From: Macrostomum lignano
Taxonomy: Eukaryota
Reading direction: 5' to 3'
DNA length: 64,000 bases
Assembly: GCA_002269645.1 (NCBI GenBank)
Contig: NIVC01002089.1
Coordinates: 141,577 to 205,576, forward strand
The position numbers and the translations under genes were made by a program. Of the stretch, positions 11,001 to 23,975 are shown in pieces (the stretch's first letter is position 1; the number at the start of each line of letters is the position of its first letter). The notes under the pieces were generated by a model. That model had not been told where the DNA came from and searched no databases. It saw nothing but the letters and a program-made list of their open reading frames with translations.

Positions 11001-14000
11001 TATCTATTGTGGTACACAGCTCCGTGCATACTATACAACTGAGTAAATGGCCCCTTGACAATGTTAAAAGTATTATCACAATGCAGAAGCCAAGAAATTG
11101 GTTAGCAACATCTGTTGACCAGTTGCATTGATAACAGAGCCAAAAAAACTTACAATTGCCTTGTATGACTTAATATTACGCAGGTGTGACATAGAGCTAT
11201 TGTATTCCAGATGCTGCCAATTGCGGCACTAGGAGCATTCAATTGGACAATCTTCATTAGTAACTGGCTGCATACTACACATGGAAATGCTGTAGCCATT
11301 CTCAGCAAATTAAAGCAAACAGCCAGATATAAAAGAAGTCAAATGAAAGCTATTCAATTCAGACTTGACTCCAAGATTATTAAGATAATTAAGTTAAAGT
11401 TTTGATCTCCAATACCTTAGGTGCTTGTGAAATCAACCTCTAAATTGTAACTAATAAGAGATGCCTCTTATAATAAAGCTTGCAATCTGAAATCTTGTTT
11501 TAAAATAATGCATGCTTTATAACAACTATCTATATATATTGCTAGTAGTTATGTGTTGTGTCTCAGTCTAATGGCCGCTGGATAGGTCAGGGTTTGGGTC
11601 CCCCCGCCTGAGATACCCTAGTCCCAGCCTTCTACCCCAGCTATTCCTATGCGCCCCTTGCTCAGCTCGACGAGACTTCGCCGGACCGATCACCCTGAGA
11701 TCAGCGAGTGTTCATCAGTCCCAGGTCCCTACCAGCTCCTGGCCCCACACAGCAACCCGAAAGACAAAAGCACGTGCTCACCTCTGCATTTACAGACTTA
11801 TCTGCAAAGTGTTTTTTGGCAAAGCATTTATTGGCGCAAAGCAGAACAGTCAACAATTGTGAGAGTTACGAGTTATTAGCTTGCAGAGAGCAGGTTTGCA
11901 GGATGACTCCGAAGAAACAGAAAGGAATACAAAAGGACGTGGGGTGCAGCATGCTCAGGGTGTGCCCTTAAATAATATTGTACACAAACAAGGGGGAGGG
12001 GTGGGCAGACAGGAGAGGGCGAGCCAAACCCTGGGGCCCAGCTGGCTTATCAGCCAGCCAGCCAATACAAGCAGCCCCAGGGTGAGGCAGGCAAAGAGGG
12101 AGGGGTAAGGCAAGCACCCAGATTAGACAAGAATTGGGACAGGGGGCTAGGTGCAGTAAAGGCTAGGCCAGGGTTAAGGCTTACGCCTCTCACAAACCCT
12201 GGCCTGGGCGCAAGACAAGGGACAGGGCAGGGCAGCATGAAAAAAATGAAAACAAGGCAAAGTACACAAACACTGGAAGGGCACAGCCCAACATATGCAT
12301 TGGTTACTATTTGAAAGCTATCCAAAACTGGATAGTTGGGCAAATGTGAGGTAGGGGAGATTGATAAGAAAGCTTTCATTCCTAAATCCTACCCTTTTCC
12401 TACTTCCAAACCAATAAGGAATGGGCTTACTTTGTGGCCACCTTGGTCTATCACTATTTAGATTAAGGATTTTAAATGCAGTCTAAATTGAGTAATTATT
12501 TTTGACAACACTTACTAGGCATTTCCTATCCTCATTGCTTGTTAAACACAGTTGATTTGCCATAGTCTTTGTTTCTAATATGTTTCTTACTTAGCTTGAA
12601 AAAATTCTTATTTTGCTTGCTAGACAAGCAACTTTTGCTTGCCTTAGAAAAAAGTTTCATTTAGCATGCAAAACTAATACTAGGTAATGTAATGACAATG
12701 TAAAAAAGCTATTTTTCAAGAGTGTTTTATGTTAAGTTTTGAATTCTATAAAGGTTTTGCTTAGGGCTTAGCATTGTTGTTACATTATTTGTTTAAATAA
12801 TAAATTGTTACTTAGCCAAAAAACTTAACTTTGCCCTCCTTAAAGCTAGAAAGGCCTTACTCTAGGCATTTCTTGTCTATTAATGAAATTGATACTGTTA
12901 GTTAAAATGGGAGATAAGATAAAATATTAAATATTGTAACTAGTAAAAATCCTAGGATATTCATATTTTTATTGTTGCATAATATCTTGGCAACTATTTA
13001 ATAAAGCTCATTATTTTTTAGTGCTAGGCCTAATATTAAAACTAGGAGTTTAGAGTTCTGATCTGGGTTTTTTTCTTAGTAGTGCAACTAGAAATTTGTT
13101 GAGGGGGGATAAATTCTGGAAAGTAAAGACCCAAGGGGGGATAGAGAGTGTGGCTCTTTATTTTGATGAAAATTTGTTTGCCCCCTTAGATTTTTTTGGT
13201 CTGCACCTAAAGAAAGTGTCATGATGGCTAATCATGTGGAGCACAATGTTATTTAGTTGTCAGTCAATGAGAGTTTAGGGGCATGGTTGTGCTTGCGGCC
13301 AAGCCAAATCGAGCGCTTGTATTTTGGAACTGAAAGAAGGCATACACACTGAAAGATAGTATTGATATACTCGCTTACAACTCGAAGGATTAACAAAGTT
13401 TGGACATAGACATAGTTTAAGCACATACATATTGGCTGCATTAACGGATCATAAGGCATAACAGAAAGGGCAACTGCCCTCTTGCCCCCTTCCCCTGCAC
13501 CTAGTTGTAGCATTGTTTTCATTGGTACTAGGCCTAGGATACAAAATTGTATCTAAGTTCAAATTTTAAAATTCAATTCAGAAAGTCAAACTGTTTTGTA
13601 TTATTCCTATTCAAGGGTAGATCTAGGATTTTTTGGAGAGGTGACAGATATGCAAAAAGGGTGCATTACCCCATAGAGGGGGTGCCCAATATATCCTATC
13701 TTCTCAATGACCTTTGTGATAATTATTAACATGTAAAGCATTGTATATGAAATGGCTAATTTGGTTTTATACAAAATGTAAATTTTTATGTGGCAGTTTA
13801 TTTAAGTTTAAGAACATTTAGCTGCACTAAAAGTAGCCTTAGGCCTATACTATAGCAGCTCAGAAAAAGGATTAAATAGCCAAGACTCAAAGAATATGTT
13901 CAGCGCTACTTAACTATCAGGTAGAGGGACATTATTGTCATTTTGACTAGGCCTATAAAATAGGTGCCCTAGGCTCCATTCTAAGGACAGGTACTTAGAA

Positions 14001-14099
14001 TGAAGGTATACTGAATACTTAGAATAATAGTTCCTTATACGAGCCATAGGACTGCCCAGGATAGCAAAATTCCTTAAGCATAAAAAAATGTTGTACATG

Positions 14100-14400
14100 A
14101 TCTTCAGTATACCTTAATTTTTTATGGCTTTTTGAGATCTTGGAGAATATGCTAGAAACCATTTGGTAGACTAGGCCATTGTCTTAGTATCCCAGCTTTA
14201 GCCTTTAGATCCATGTCTTATTTCCAGCAATAATTCTCAATAAAAAACTTCCCTCTCTTGATAAAAATGTTATAGATAGCTATTTAAAACCAAAGTTTGT
14301 TATATTTTCTATTCATCTATTAGTAAGTGTGGCACCCCTTTGCTAAACTTTTTCTTTAGGTACTTAGTCAGAATGGTATAGATCCTTCCATACAGTACCA
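14100..14400 (-). pseudogene. Decayed mariner (Tc1/mariner) transposase relic
   Basis: Minus strand reads TILTKYL..KKFSKGVPHLLIDE*K (cf. WVPHLLT.EQK), FLLRIIAGNKTWI (cf. IVTGDETWI) and TK...*STKW....SP (cf. ETK.QS..W). Confidence 0.65.
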
Positions 14401-15637
14401 TTGTCATTGCCATTGATACTTGACTCTTGTTATCCTAGACCTTAGACTTCTATTGCATCCATGTCATTTCATGCAATTTTTTACTTAACTTATATAAGTG
14501 CTAGTTGATCTCCTACTTTCAATTTTAAGCAATAGTCTTATTTTTTGCCCATTTCAATTCTAGTTGCTTCAGCATTTTGGTAGCCATTGGGCAATAGATG
14601 GTGCTTAAGCCCACTGGTGCAAGATGTTTAAAGTGTTGAAACTACTTTTTTACAAATTATATGCCTTAAAATTCAAACTTGGCTTTTTATAATAGCCTAA
14701 TTATGATCCATTCCTTTTTCACATGGGATTTTAACTATAAATTGTTTATGCAAACAGGGCAAATTTTTAATGTCATAGGGCAAGACTAAAGTGGCTATAT
14801 TAATAATAATAAATTATTTGCAAAATTTTATAGCTTGGCATTTTATTTGACTAATTTTGCTAAACATTAAAACTAATGATGAAAAATAAGATAAATATTT
14901 TTGTGTTAAATTAAAAAAGGCTGAATGTTCAACTATGAACTTTTTAAATTAAAATAAAAAATGAACATATATATAATATGTTGCACCATAGTTGATTTTC
15001 AAAGAGCAAATCCAAAATTGACAATTTATAAGCTTTATATAAATCACAATCATAAAAATGGTCATTAGTTTACATTTTTTATCATGATTATTGTGACATC
15101 TGACACTGTAATTAGCATCTGATATGCTAATTACCTAGATGCTATTCTTCATTTTATTCCATTTTATAGAACCCTATAATAAGTCTTTGATAAGCAAGAA
15201 TAAGGCTTACACCTTATTCATACTATTGTATATTTATTGGAATCTAAACATATTGTAGTATAAAAATGCCTATTTTACCTGGAGGTGATCTAAAATTTCA
15301 GTGGAGCCAATCTTGAAAAATTTTTAAAGTCCATAGTGGTCCAATAAGTGAATATGACAGGATTATTAATGAAGTCAATGCTAACAGGGTACTAACATCA
15401 CAGATTGGTTTTCTGCCATAAAGGGAGGTCTTTCTACATCCAAGACATTTGATAACAAGTATTTTTAACATCACTTATTGCAGACCGACTACATATGTAT
15501 TGGAATTAATGTGTTGCTAGTTTCCATCTATTTGAAGATCTCTGCAAAGTTTTCAATGGAAAAGCTATGAACACGAATTGTGTTAAAGAGTTTAGCTTAT
15601 AAATTTCTCACCAAACCCACAGACAGAAGCCAAAGTT

Positions 15638-17842
15638 ATGGTAGTTGATCACGTGATCCTAGACGCCGGAGCCGTCATCGCCTGCAGCGATCTATCCAGG
15701 CTGGGCAATAAATTTTCCAGCACCCCAGTTGTCATGGCCGAGGTGAAAGATCAGAATGCTCGGCTCAGATTAGAACTGCTGCACGAGCCAGTTCAAGTGC
15801 GCGACCCGCTAGAGTCTTGCGTCACACAGGTGATCGCGGCTGCTAAAGCTTCTGGAGATTTCAGCGTCCTGTCTATGGCCGATATTGGTATTGTGGCGCT
15901 GGCGCTGCAGGTTATGGAGGAGCTGGGGTGTCCTGCTAAGCCTCCGGCTGCTACTGCAGCGGGCGATGCAGCTGCGGAAGCTGCACGTGAATATGGAAAC
16001 CGAATGGAGGAAATGCAGGTGAGTGCGCGATGGCAGGTTTTTACAAAATCAAGATTAAGTAGGGTAGGGTAGGGTATAGAATGAAGATTGAGTAGGGAGA
16101 ATGAATAATGAGTAGGGAGATTGAAGATTGAGTAGGGAGAATGAAGATTGAGTAGGGATAATGAAGATTGAGTAGGGATAATGAAGATTGAGTAGGGAGA
16201 ATGAAGAATGAGTAGAGAGAATGAAGATTGAGTAGGGAGAATGAAGATTGAGTAGGGAGAATGAAGATTGAGTAGGGAGAATGAAGATTGAGTAGGGATA
16301 ATGAAGATTGAGTAGGGAGAATGAAGATTGAGTAGGGAGAATGAAGATTGAGTAGAGAGAATCAAGATTGAGTAGGGAGAATCAAGATTGAGTAGGGAGA
16401 ATGAAGATTGAGTAGGGAGAATGAATATTGAGTAGGGAGAATCAAGATTGAGTAGGGAGAATGAAGATTGAGTAGGAAGAATGAAGAATTTAAGCCAATT
16501 CAAGTCGTGAACCATTTAAACAGGACGAGCAGGAGGAGCAGAGCGTGTCCGATCCCGCAACAGACTCCGAGGACGAGGAATCCGGTTGGGTAACCATGGA
16601 CAACCTAGCTAGCGTCCTTGGCAACGGCTCGGTTGTGCACGCCTCGGATTCCGCAGCCAGCTGTCCGGTGGCCTGCGCCAGCACCGACTTTGCCGTGCAG
16701 AATGTGTGCGCCAGGTTGGGCGTGCCGATTCTCTCGTGCGAGGGCCGCATCATTGCCGAGATTCGAACTCACGTCCTCTGGTGCGCCGGCTGTTATAAAC
16801 GATGCCTGAGGCCGGACAAGCGGTTCTGTCCATCGTGCGGTCACGCCACTCTGCAGAGAGTCAGCGCCCAGTTGGACAATGCCACTGGGCAGTTACAGCT
16901 GTTTTTCAAGAAGAACTACCAGTACAGACTGAAGGGTAAGGCTTGAGAGCTAAGCGCACTGTTCACTCCTTCTTTAGGGAGTGCCAAGCGTGCAACCCTC
17001 AGATTGTTAGGGGAGAGCTGAGCGTGCAATCCACAGAATCTTCAGGGGTGCCAGGCCTGCAATCCACAAAATCCTCAGGGGTGCCAGGCGTGCAATCCAC
17101 AAAATCCTCAGGGGTGCCAGGCGTGCAATCCACAAAATCCTCAGGGGTGCCAGGCGTGCAATCCACAAAATCCTCAGGGGTGCCAGGCGTGCAATCCACA
17201 AAATCCTCAGGGGTGCCAGGCGTGCAATCCACAAAATCCTCAAGGGTGCTACTGCTAGGCGTGCAATCCACAGAATCTTCAGGGGTGCCAGGCGTGCAAT
17301 CCACAGAATCCTCAGGGGTGCCAGGCGTGCAATCCACAGAATCTTCAGGGGTGCCAGGCGTGCAATCCACAGAATCTTCAGGGGTGCCAGGCGTGCAATC
17401 CACAGAATCTTCAGGGGTGCCAGGCGTGCAATCCACAGAATCTTCAGGGGTGCCAGGCGTGCAATCCACAGAATCTTCAGGGGTGCCAGGCGTGCAATCC
17501 ACAGAATCCTTAAAAACAGATGATAGCACACAGCCACCCCCCCCTTCAGGCACCCGCTACTCTTTGCCGAAGCCGCGGGGCGGTAAGCACAGCCTGGACC
17601 CCATAACGTGCGAATGGCAGCGCGTGCCGCAGCAGCGCCCCAGCAAGAAGACTCTGCAGAAGGCCAACCCGTTCTCTGTGGACGCCGAGGCCGCCGCACC
17701 CGGCCAGCTGTTTGCCCAGCACGACCTGTCCAGCAGGGCTGCCGTGCTGGGCATCAGGGGCGGCCTGCCTCACTGGTCGCGGCGGAATCCTAACGAGGGC
17801 ACCAGGCGCACCGGATCCAGCAGGAAGTCGCGGCGGAAGTGA
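15638..17842 (+). CDS. NOB1: RNA-binding protein NOB1 (PIN endonuclease for 18S rRNA maturation). Exons 15638-16018, 16524-16935, 17550-17842.
   Basis: PIN motifs HVILDAGA, AEVKD and SMADI, acidic linker with GWVTMDN, Zn ribbon WCAGC...FCPSCGH, C-terminal RYSLPKPRGGK...RRNPN. GT-AG sites with compatible phases (0, 1). Confidence 0.95.
16080..16490. repeat. 20-bp minisatellite (AATGAAGATTGAGTAGGGAG) filling NOB1 intron 1
   Basis: About 20 tandem copies visible. Confidence 0.95.
17025..17510. repeat. 33-bp minisatellite (GGGGTGCCAGGCGTGCAATCCACAGAATCTTCA) in NOB1 intron 2
   Basis: About 14 tandem copies, translating as (STESSGVPGVQ)n. Confidence 0.95.
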
Positions 17843-17964
17843 CAGCGAATGTCTGACTGGGGGTTTGAGTATTTTGTGTGCTCAGATATTCCTGCCTGGC
17901 TAGCAATGGAAAGCAGGATTTCAGATATAAAAATATCAGGTAGCATCCAGTCATTGAATGCCTT

Positions 17965-18154
17965 TGTATGTCTGTCTGTCTGTCTGTCTGTCTGTCTGCC
18001 TTTGTATGTCTGTCTGTCTGTCTGTCTGTCTGTCTGCCTTTGTATGTCTGTCTGTCTGTCTGTCTGTCTGTCTGCCTGCCTTTGTATGTCTGTCTGTCTG
18101 TCTGTCTCTGTCTGTCTGTCTGCCTGCCTTTGTATGTCTGTCTGTCTGTCTGCC

Positions 18155-18199
<45 letters not shown>

Positions 18200-18262
18200 G
18201 TGCGTGTGTGCCTGTCTGTTTGTCTCTGTCTCTGTCTGTCTGTCTGCCTGCCTGCCTGTCAG
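17965..18262. repeat. (GTCT)n microsatellite downstream of NOB1
   Basis: Directly visible. Confidence 0.95.
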
Positions 18263-19094
18263 TCTCTGTCAGTTTCCCCTTGGCTTTTTCACTGTTCCGA
18301 GAAGACTAAAAGAGAGTTCTCTAGTTGGTTCCTGCTTATGGCCAAGCTAGCAACGAGTGATTTGTGTAGAATTCCCCGCGTCTGGTGTTCCAATGCAAAA
18401 GTCGCATGAAAGTCAGTTGACTGCCTATTCTCAAATTTAAAGTCATTTTTTGAGTCCGTCAAATGTTTCATAATGATAAAAAAAGGCATGGCGTTAACAG
18501 CTTTGCAATGACCAGAGCTTTTTTGGATGGAAAGTTTGTGAAATTCGAGTTTTATTTATTTATTTTTCTATGTTAGACTACTACAAGTAGCACGTAAAAT
18601 ACGAGCTCGTTACGATACTGGCTTGCTCTGTACGGTTTGCTGGGGAACTTATTGATTTTTTAGCGACTGTCTACACTTTGCATACGAAACCTTGGCTTGC
18701 ATTTTTCTCATGTTTGGCTCGAGCTCCCTCCCTACCTGGGCCCGTCTGACTGGCTAAACATTGAGCCTCTCTTTCTTTCTGCCCAATACCTGAAGGCAGA
18801 CAGAACTCCCACTGTCTGTTAACTGTGCCATTTTCGCCTTGTTTTGATCTCCTATGAGGTGTTGCAGCTGATCAGTGGAAAGGATCTTAAATTAATAGAA
18901 TAGAAACTTTTATTTCCGTCTGATATAGTCTCAAGTTCTCAACAGCAGGTCCTGTTTGGCTCAATAGTTTCATGCTGCGATTGAGAGAAAGCTTAACTGA
19001 GGTTGTTTGTCGCTTTGTGCAGGTAATTTCTGTGAGAATTTGTGATTTAAAATTTGTGAATTCTAAGTTGTGAATTCTGGATTTTCTGACTGAT

Positions 19095-19635
19095 GCGGGA
19101 TTTCCAATAACCGCATTCGGGATTTCCAATAACCGCATTCGGGATTTCCAATAACCGCATTCGGGATTTCCAATAACCGCATTCGGGATTTCCAATAACC
19201 GCATTCGGGATTTCCAATAACCGCGTTCGGGATTTCCAATAACCGCATTCGGGATTTCCAATAACCGCATTCGGGATTTCCAATAACCGCATTCGGGATT
19301 TCCAATAACCGCATTCGGGATTTCCAATAACCGCGTTCGGGATTTCCAATAACCGCATTCGGGATTTCCAATAACCGCATTCGGGATTTCCAATAACCGC
19401 ATTCGGGATTTCCAATAACCGCATTCGGGATTTCCAATAACCGCATTCGGGATTTCCAATATCCGCATTCGGGATTTCCAATATCCGCATTCGGGATTTC
19501 CAATATCCGCATTCGGGATTTCCAATGTCTGAAGAGGGGATTTCCAAGAACTGAAGTGAGGATTTCCAAGAACTGAAGTGAGGATTTCCAAGAACCGAAG
19601 TGAGGATTTCCAAGAACTGAAGTGGGGATTTCCAA
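19095..19635. repeat. 22-bp minisatellite (CGGGATTTCCAATAACCGCATT) grading into a GGATTTCCAAGAACTGAAGT variant
   Basis: About 20 near-perfect copies plus ~4 variant copies. Confidence 0.95.
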
Positions 19636-19773
19636 AGATTTCGACCACTGAAGCCAGTACCGTTTTGTCTGCTAGGAATAGAGGTTTAATCCGCTCATTT
19701 ATCAATAAAATAAAGATTAGCGTTATAGATATTTTCTAAGAAATAAAAACTTCTATGATTGAAAATCCCGCAG

Positions 19774-20160
19774 CCCAAACAGGCGGAGGCGTCGGTAGCG
19801 TCAGCCGCGGCAGATTACGAGTTGTTATCAAACGAGTCTTTCATTGAGGACAGTTCGCTAGCCGTATATCAGTCCTCCCTACGTACAGGAACTGCTCATT
19901 TTTATCACTGGCAGCATTGTTATTCTGCCGCGTCCGCGCGTCTGCAGCGGAAAAAATCTTCGGCAGTGACGTCATTGGCTATAAATAGTAACAGCGTTAA
20001 AGCAGATAAACTGGCTTCAATAGAGCGCCAATCTTTGTCGTCGGCTTGGGTCCCGGTCTCTGCTGGCAACGGGCAGCTGAGAGAGTCGCCAACTGCTGCT
20101 GCTGTTGCTACTACTAGTAGTATTACTAATGGCAGCAGTAATGGAAATGCTTTTGTTGCA
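19774..20160 (+). other. Probable 5' exon of the LNX-like gene
   Basis: Acceptor-like CCCGCAG ends at 19773 and a strong donor GCA|GTGAGT lies at 20161. The exon is stop-free in phase 0, in frame with exon 27663. No transcript evidence available. Confidence 0.4.
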
Positions 20161-20194
20161 GTGAGTAGCCTTTTTTGTTAGCTTATGGACTCTA

Positions 20195-20790
20195 AGTTGG
20201 ATTAGTGTCAGCTTATATAGATGCCAAGTTGTATTAGTGTCAGCTTATATAGATGCCAAGTTGTATTAGTGTCAGCTCATATAGATGCCAAGTTGTATTA
20301 GTGTCAGCTCATATAGATGCCAAGTTGTATTAGTGTCAGCTTATATAGATGCCAAGTTGTATTAGTGTCAGCTCATATAGATGCCAAGTTGTATTAGTGT
20401 CAGCTCATATAGATGCCAAGTTGTATTAGTGTCAGCTTATATAGATGCCAAGTTGTATTAGTGTCAGCTCATATAGATGCCAAGTTGTATTAGTGTCAGC
20501 TTATATAGATGGCAAGTTGTATTAGTGTCAGCTTATATATATGCCAAGTTAGATTAGTGTCAGCTTATATAGACACCAAGATGGATTAGTGTCAGCTTAT
20601 ATAGACACCAAGTTAGATTAGTTTCAGCTTATATAGACACCAAGTTAGATTAGTGTCAGCTTATATAGACACCAAGTTAGATTAGTTTCAGCTTATATAG
20701 ACACCAAGTTAGATTAGTGTCAGCTTATATAGATGCCAAGTTAGATTAGTGTCAGCTTATAAAGATGCCAAGTTGGATTAGTGTCAGCAG
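20195..20790. repeat. 32-bp minisatellite (ATTAGTGTCAGCTTATATAGATGCCAAGTTGT)
   Basis: About 18 copies starting just after the donor at 20161. Confidence 0.95.
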
Positions 20791-21236
20791 ATACGATCTT
20801 CTATACAGGCTCTATGGTGATACGTAATCAATGGTTTAGTTTAAAAGTACAATTGCTGGGAAACATACGAGTTTCCTAGAAACAATATATCAGCCAATTT
20901 TGCACAATCTGCAGTGGATTATCAGCTATAGTATCTGATGAATATGTGAAGCATAGTATGGTATTAATTCTGTATACAGCATTACTAACTGCCTAGGCTT
21001 GTCCCCGCATTCAATTATATACATGTAGCATAAATTGGTGTGCGTGTTCCCCCCCCCCCCCAAGATTGCAAACAGCTTGTGTGCAGGTCGCTGGAATGTT
21101 TAGCAATGGGAGAAACTCTACACTTTTTGGGGCCTGCAGCCAGCACGTTTGAGGCTTGAAGTAACCGCTCTCATTCCTGCAGCTCTGGATACTGCGTACA
21201 ATCTCAGGGACAGGGAAGCTTGCATCTCTTCTGTTC

Positions 21237-21770
21237 TGACTCTCGGATAATCCTGACTGACTCTCAGATAATTCTGACTGACTCTCAGATATTCCTGACT
21301 GACTCTCAGATAATCCTGACTGACTCTCAGATAATCCTGACTGACTCTCAGATATTCCTGACTGACTCTCAGATAATCCTGACTGACTCTCAGATAATCC
21401 TGACTGACTCTCAGATAATCCTGACTGACTCTCAGATAATCCTGACTGACTCTCAGATAATCCTGACTGACTCTCAGATATTCCTGACTGACTCTCAGAT
21501 ATTCCTGACTGACTCTCAGATAATCCTGACTGACTCTCAGGTATTCCTGACTGACTCTCAGATATTCCTCACTGACTTTCAGATAATTCTGATTGACTCT
21601 CAGATATTCCTGACTGACTCTCAGATATTCCTGACTGACTCTCAGATAATTCTGACTGACTCTCAGGTATTCTTGACTGACTCTCAGATATTCCTCACTG
21701 ACTTTCAGATAATTCTGACTGACTCTCAGATATTCCTGACTGACTCTCAGATATTCCTGACTGACTTTCA
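21237..21770. repeat. 21-bp minisatellite (GACTGACTCTCAGATAATCCT)
   Basis: About 25 copies. It explains ORFs 21118-21771 and 21220-21780. Confidence 0.95.
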
Positions 21771-23888
21771 CTGTCCTTGATCAGGCACTCTGACCAATCA
21801 GAGATGAGCCTGCTTGTAGCCAGTCGCAAATGGCCAGTCCAGATTCTCGCATTTATCTAGTAGTCCTTGGTCCTCTCCGCTATCTCTCTCCCTCTTTCGA
21901 TATTTAAAGCATTGCCGAATTTGTGTATATATACATACGATCTGTGCATGAAAGTACGGCGGGGATATGTGTGCTTGAAATGCGCGCTTCGAATCGTGTA
22001 TATACACACATTCACATATGCACTGTGGCCCCTGTGTCTCCGGGCCTGCGCGTGCCTCACTTCAGGCTTGCTTTTTTATCCAGTGAAGTCCTGCAGCTAG
22101 TCAGGCCTGTGTTCTGTGTCTAGCATGTCTCTGTAAACGATTTCAACCAAAATCTAGTTGTGGGACGATGAGCCAGTAAGTAGTATAGAAAAAAATGCGA
22201 GCGAAGCGAGAATTTTTTTCTATACTGCTTACTTTTGCGAAATCGTCCCTGATAAGATGTAACGTGGTTGCACACACTAAAAATGACGTTTTTCAACTTT
22301 TAAACGCTGCCAATAAAAAACGGTACAACCGATTTACAAACAGTTTTTGCCAAAATGTGTCAAAGACCTAGCGCTATCGGATGCACAATAGTTGGTTGCT
22401 ATGGCAACGCGTTTTGGTTGCCATGGCAACCAAAAACTGCGTTTTTTCGACTTTGTCAAAAACTTTGATCTCAAAAAATAAGGATTGAGAATATGGCAGC
22501 GCTTAGCGAGTGGGCTCAGTAAACGCGGGCATTCAAACGCTACAATGATCAGAAATGGATTTTTTGATTGTACTTTAACTTTTAGGGTAAAAGTGCAAAA
22601 AACGTGTTTTCTGAGGTCGAAAAATCGGCATTTTTTTCAACTTTGCCTCACCGCAGCGAAAAGGACGCGCGATAGCGCGGCCTTTGAGCTGCCTCATAGC
22701 GTCAATAACACCTGGGGCTGTTTGATGCGCTATAGTTTTTAGGGCTAAAATGTACTTTTCACATGGCTGCCTATCTGCTGTTTAAAAGTACAAATTTTTA
22801 GTGCACTTTTGTGAGGCCTATGGCGTCGAGATGGAAAACTTTATTTTTGCTGTTTTGTATACCAAATAACTCAAATGGATGTCTTTTAATCGGAAACATC
22901 GAGATTTGGCCGATTGGGCCATCAATAACCTGCCCAGGTGCCAAAGAGTGCCTAAAAACGACATTTTCGAAAAATTGGGTCACGTTTTAAAAAAGTAGTC
23001 CTCAAACTTGAAAAAGTGTTTTATGCTACAGTGTTGAGACTTTAACACGACGTGTCAAACATATGGAAATTTGTTTTCCTAAATTTTCTAAGCATTTGGA
23101 CCTACCTGTGCTGAGCAGTGACCCGGAAACCAGGGAAAAAAGAGGCCGGGGGGCACTGCAGAAAATCAGACGTTGTTAAGGAAATTTTTTTAAAATGGGG
23201 CAAAGTTTTTCGAGTATGGCGTCAAATTGTAGCCTATCGGATGCCCTTTTGAATGACATAAAACACTCCTGAAAAAACCTCTGTTAACAGGTACTTTTTA
23301 CCTGTTAAGTGAAAAACGGCCCATTCGGGGTACAAACTTTGAAGTCGAAAAATAAGAATTTTTGCGCACCGATTTTTCTGCATTTTCAATATTGTTTAGT
23401 CGAATAGCTAAAGTTACACCGGTCATACGCCAATATGGCTGGAAAATTCGTATTTTTGAGAAAATTGGCTCCGAATTTTTAGAAGGCTATTTTTGGGCAA
23501 ATTTTGAGCATACTTTTGCTAATAACTCTGCATTGGCAAGGCCTAGAGACTCAATTTTGGTGTCTAAAAACAGCACTATGGATGCACTGTGCAACTAAAT
23601 TAGTTTTGAAAACTGATTCTTAAGTTAATAGGTCTTAATACCTGTTTGAATACCTGTCAGAACAGGTGAAAATGCACAATTTGGCGCCTAGGAGGCGTAA
23701 AATTTGTTGACATACTTTAAAAATGCATTAGATGAATGCGCCTTGATGTTATCTCTGTAACGACATGCAACTCGCATTTTTAGATGAAGGCGCTGCGATG
23801 CAGCGAGCAGAAATGTATGAAAAAGCAGCAAAAATCGTAAAAGTGGCTACCATAGGGAATATTCGATATAAAGGGCGTGCACTGTAGA

Positions 23889-23975
23889 GCTTCGCTTAAG
23901 CAAGAGATGGATCGGGGCCGAAGGCAGTTGCTTTGTAAATGGCCTAAACACGGGTTCGAATCCCAAGTGGGCCAA
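23889..23975 (+). other. Degenerate tRNA-like (Pol III/SINE-head-like) sequence inside the Helitron-like element
   Basis: B-box GGGTTCGAATCCC at ~23952-23964 followed by a T run. Acceptor and anticodon stems pair poorly, so it is not called a functional tRNA. Confidence 0.35.

Noticed and set aside
11560-12400. CpG-retaining patch and several short ORFs as a gene or solo LTR
   Set aside because: No coherent reading frame, domain or TSD.
18600-19705. Divergent minus-strand gene between NOB1 and LNX
   Set aside because: Some splice-like sites and short open stretches exist, but joining them needs a 22-nt intron and gives no recognisable protein.
23889-23975. Functional tRNA (Thr-TGT-like)
   Set aside because: Only the B-box/T-loop is good. 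Acceptor and anticodon stems do not pair properly, so it is kept only as a degenerate tRNA-like fragment.
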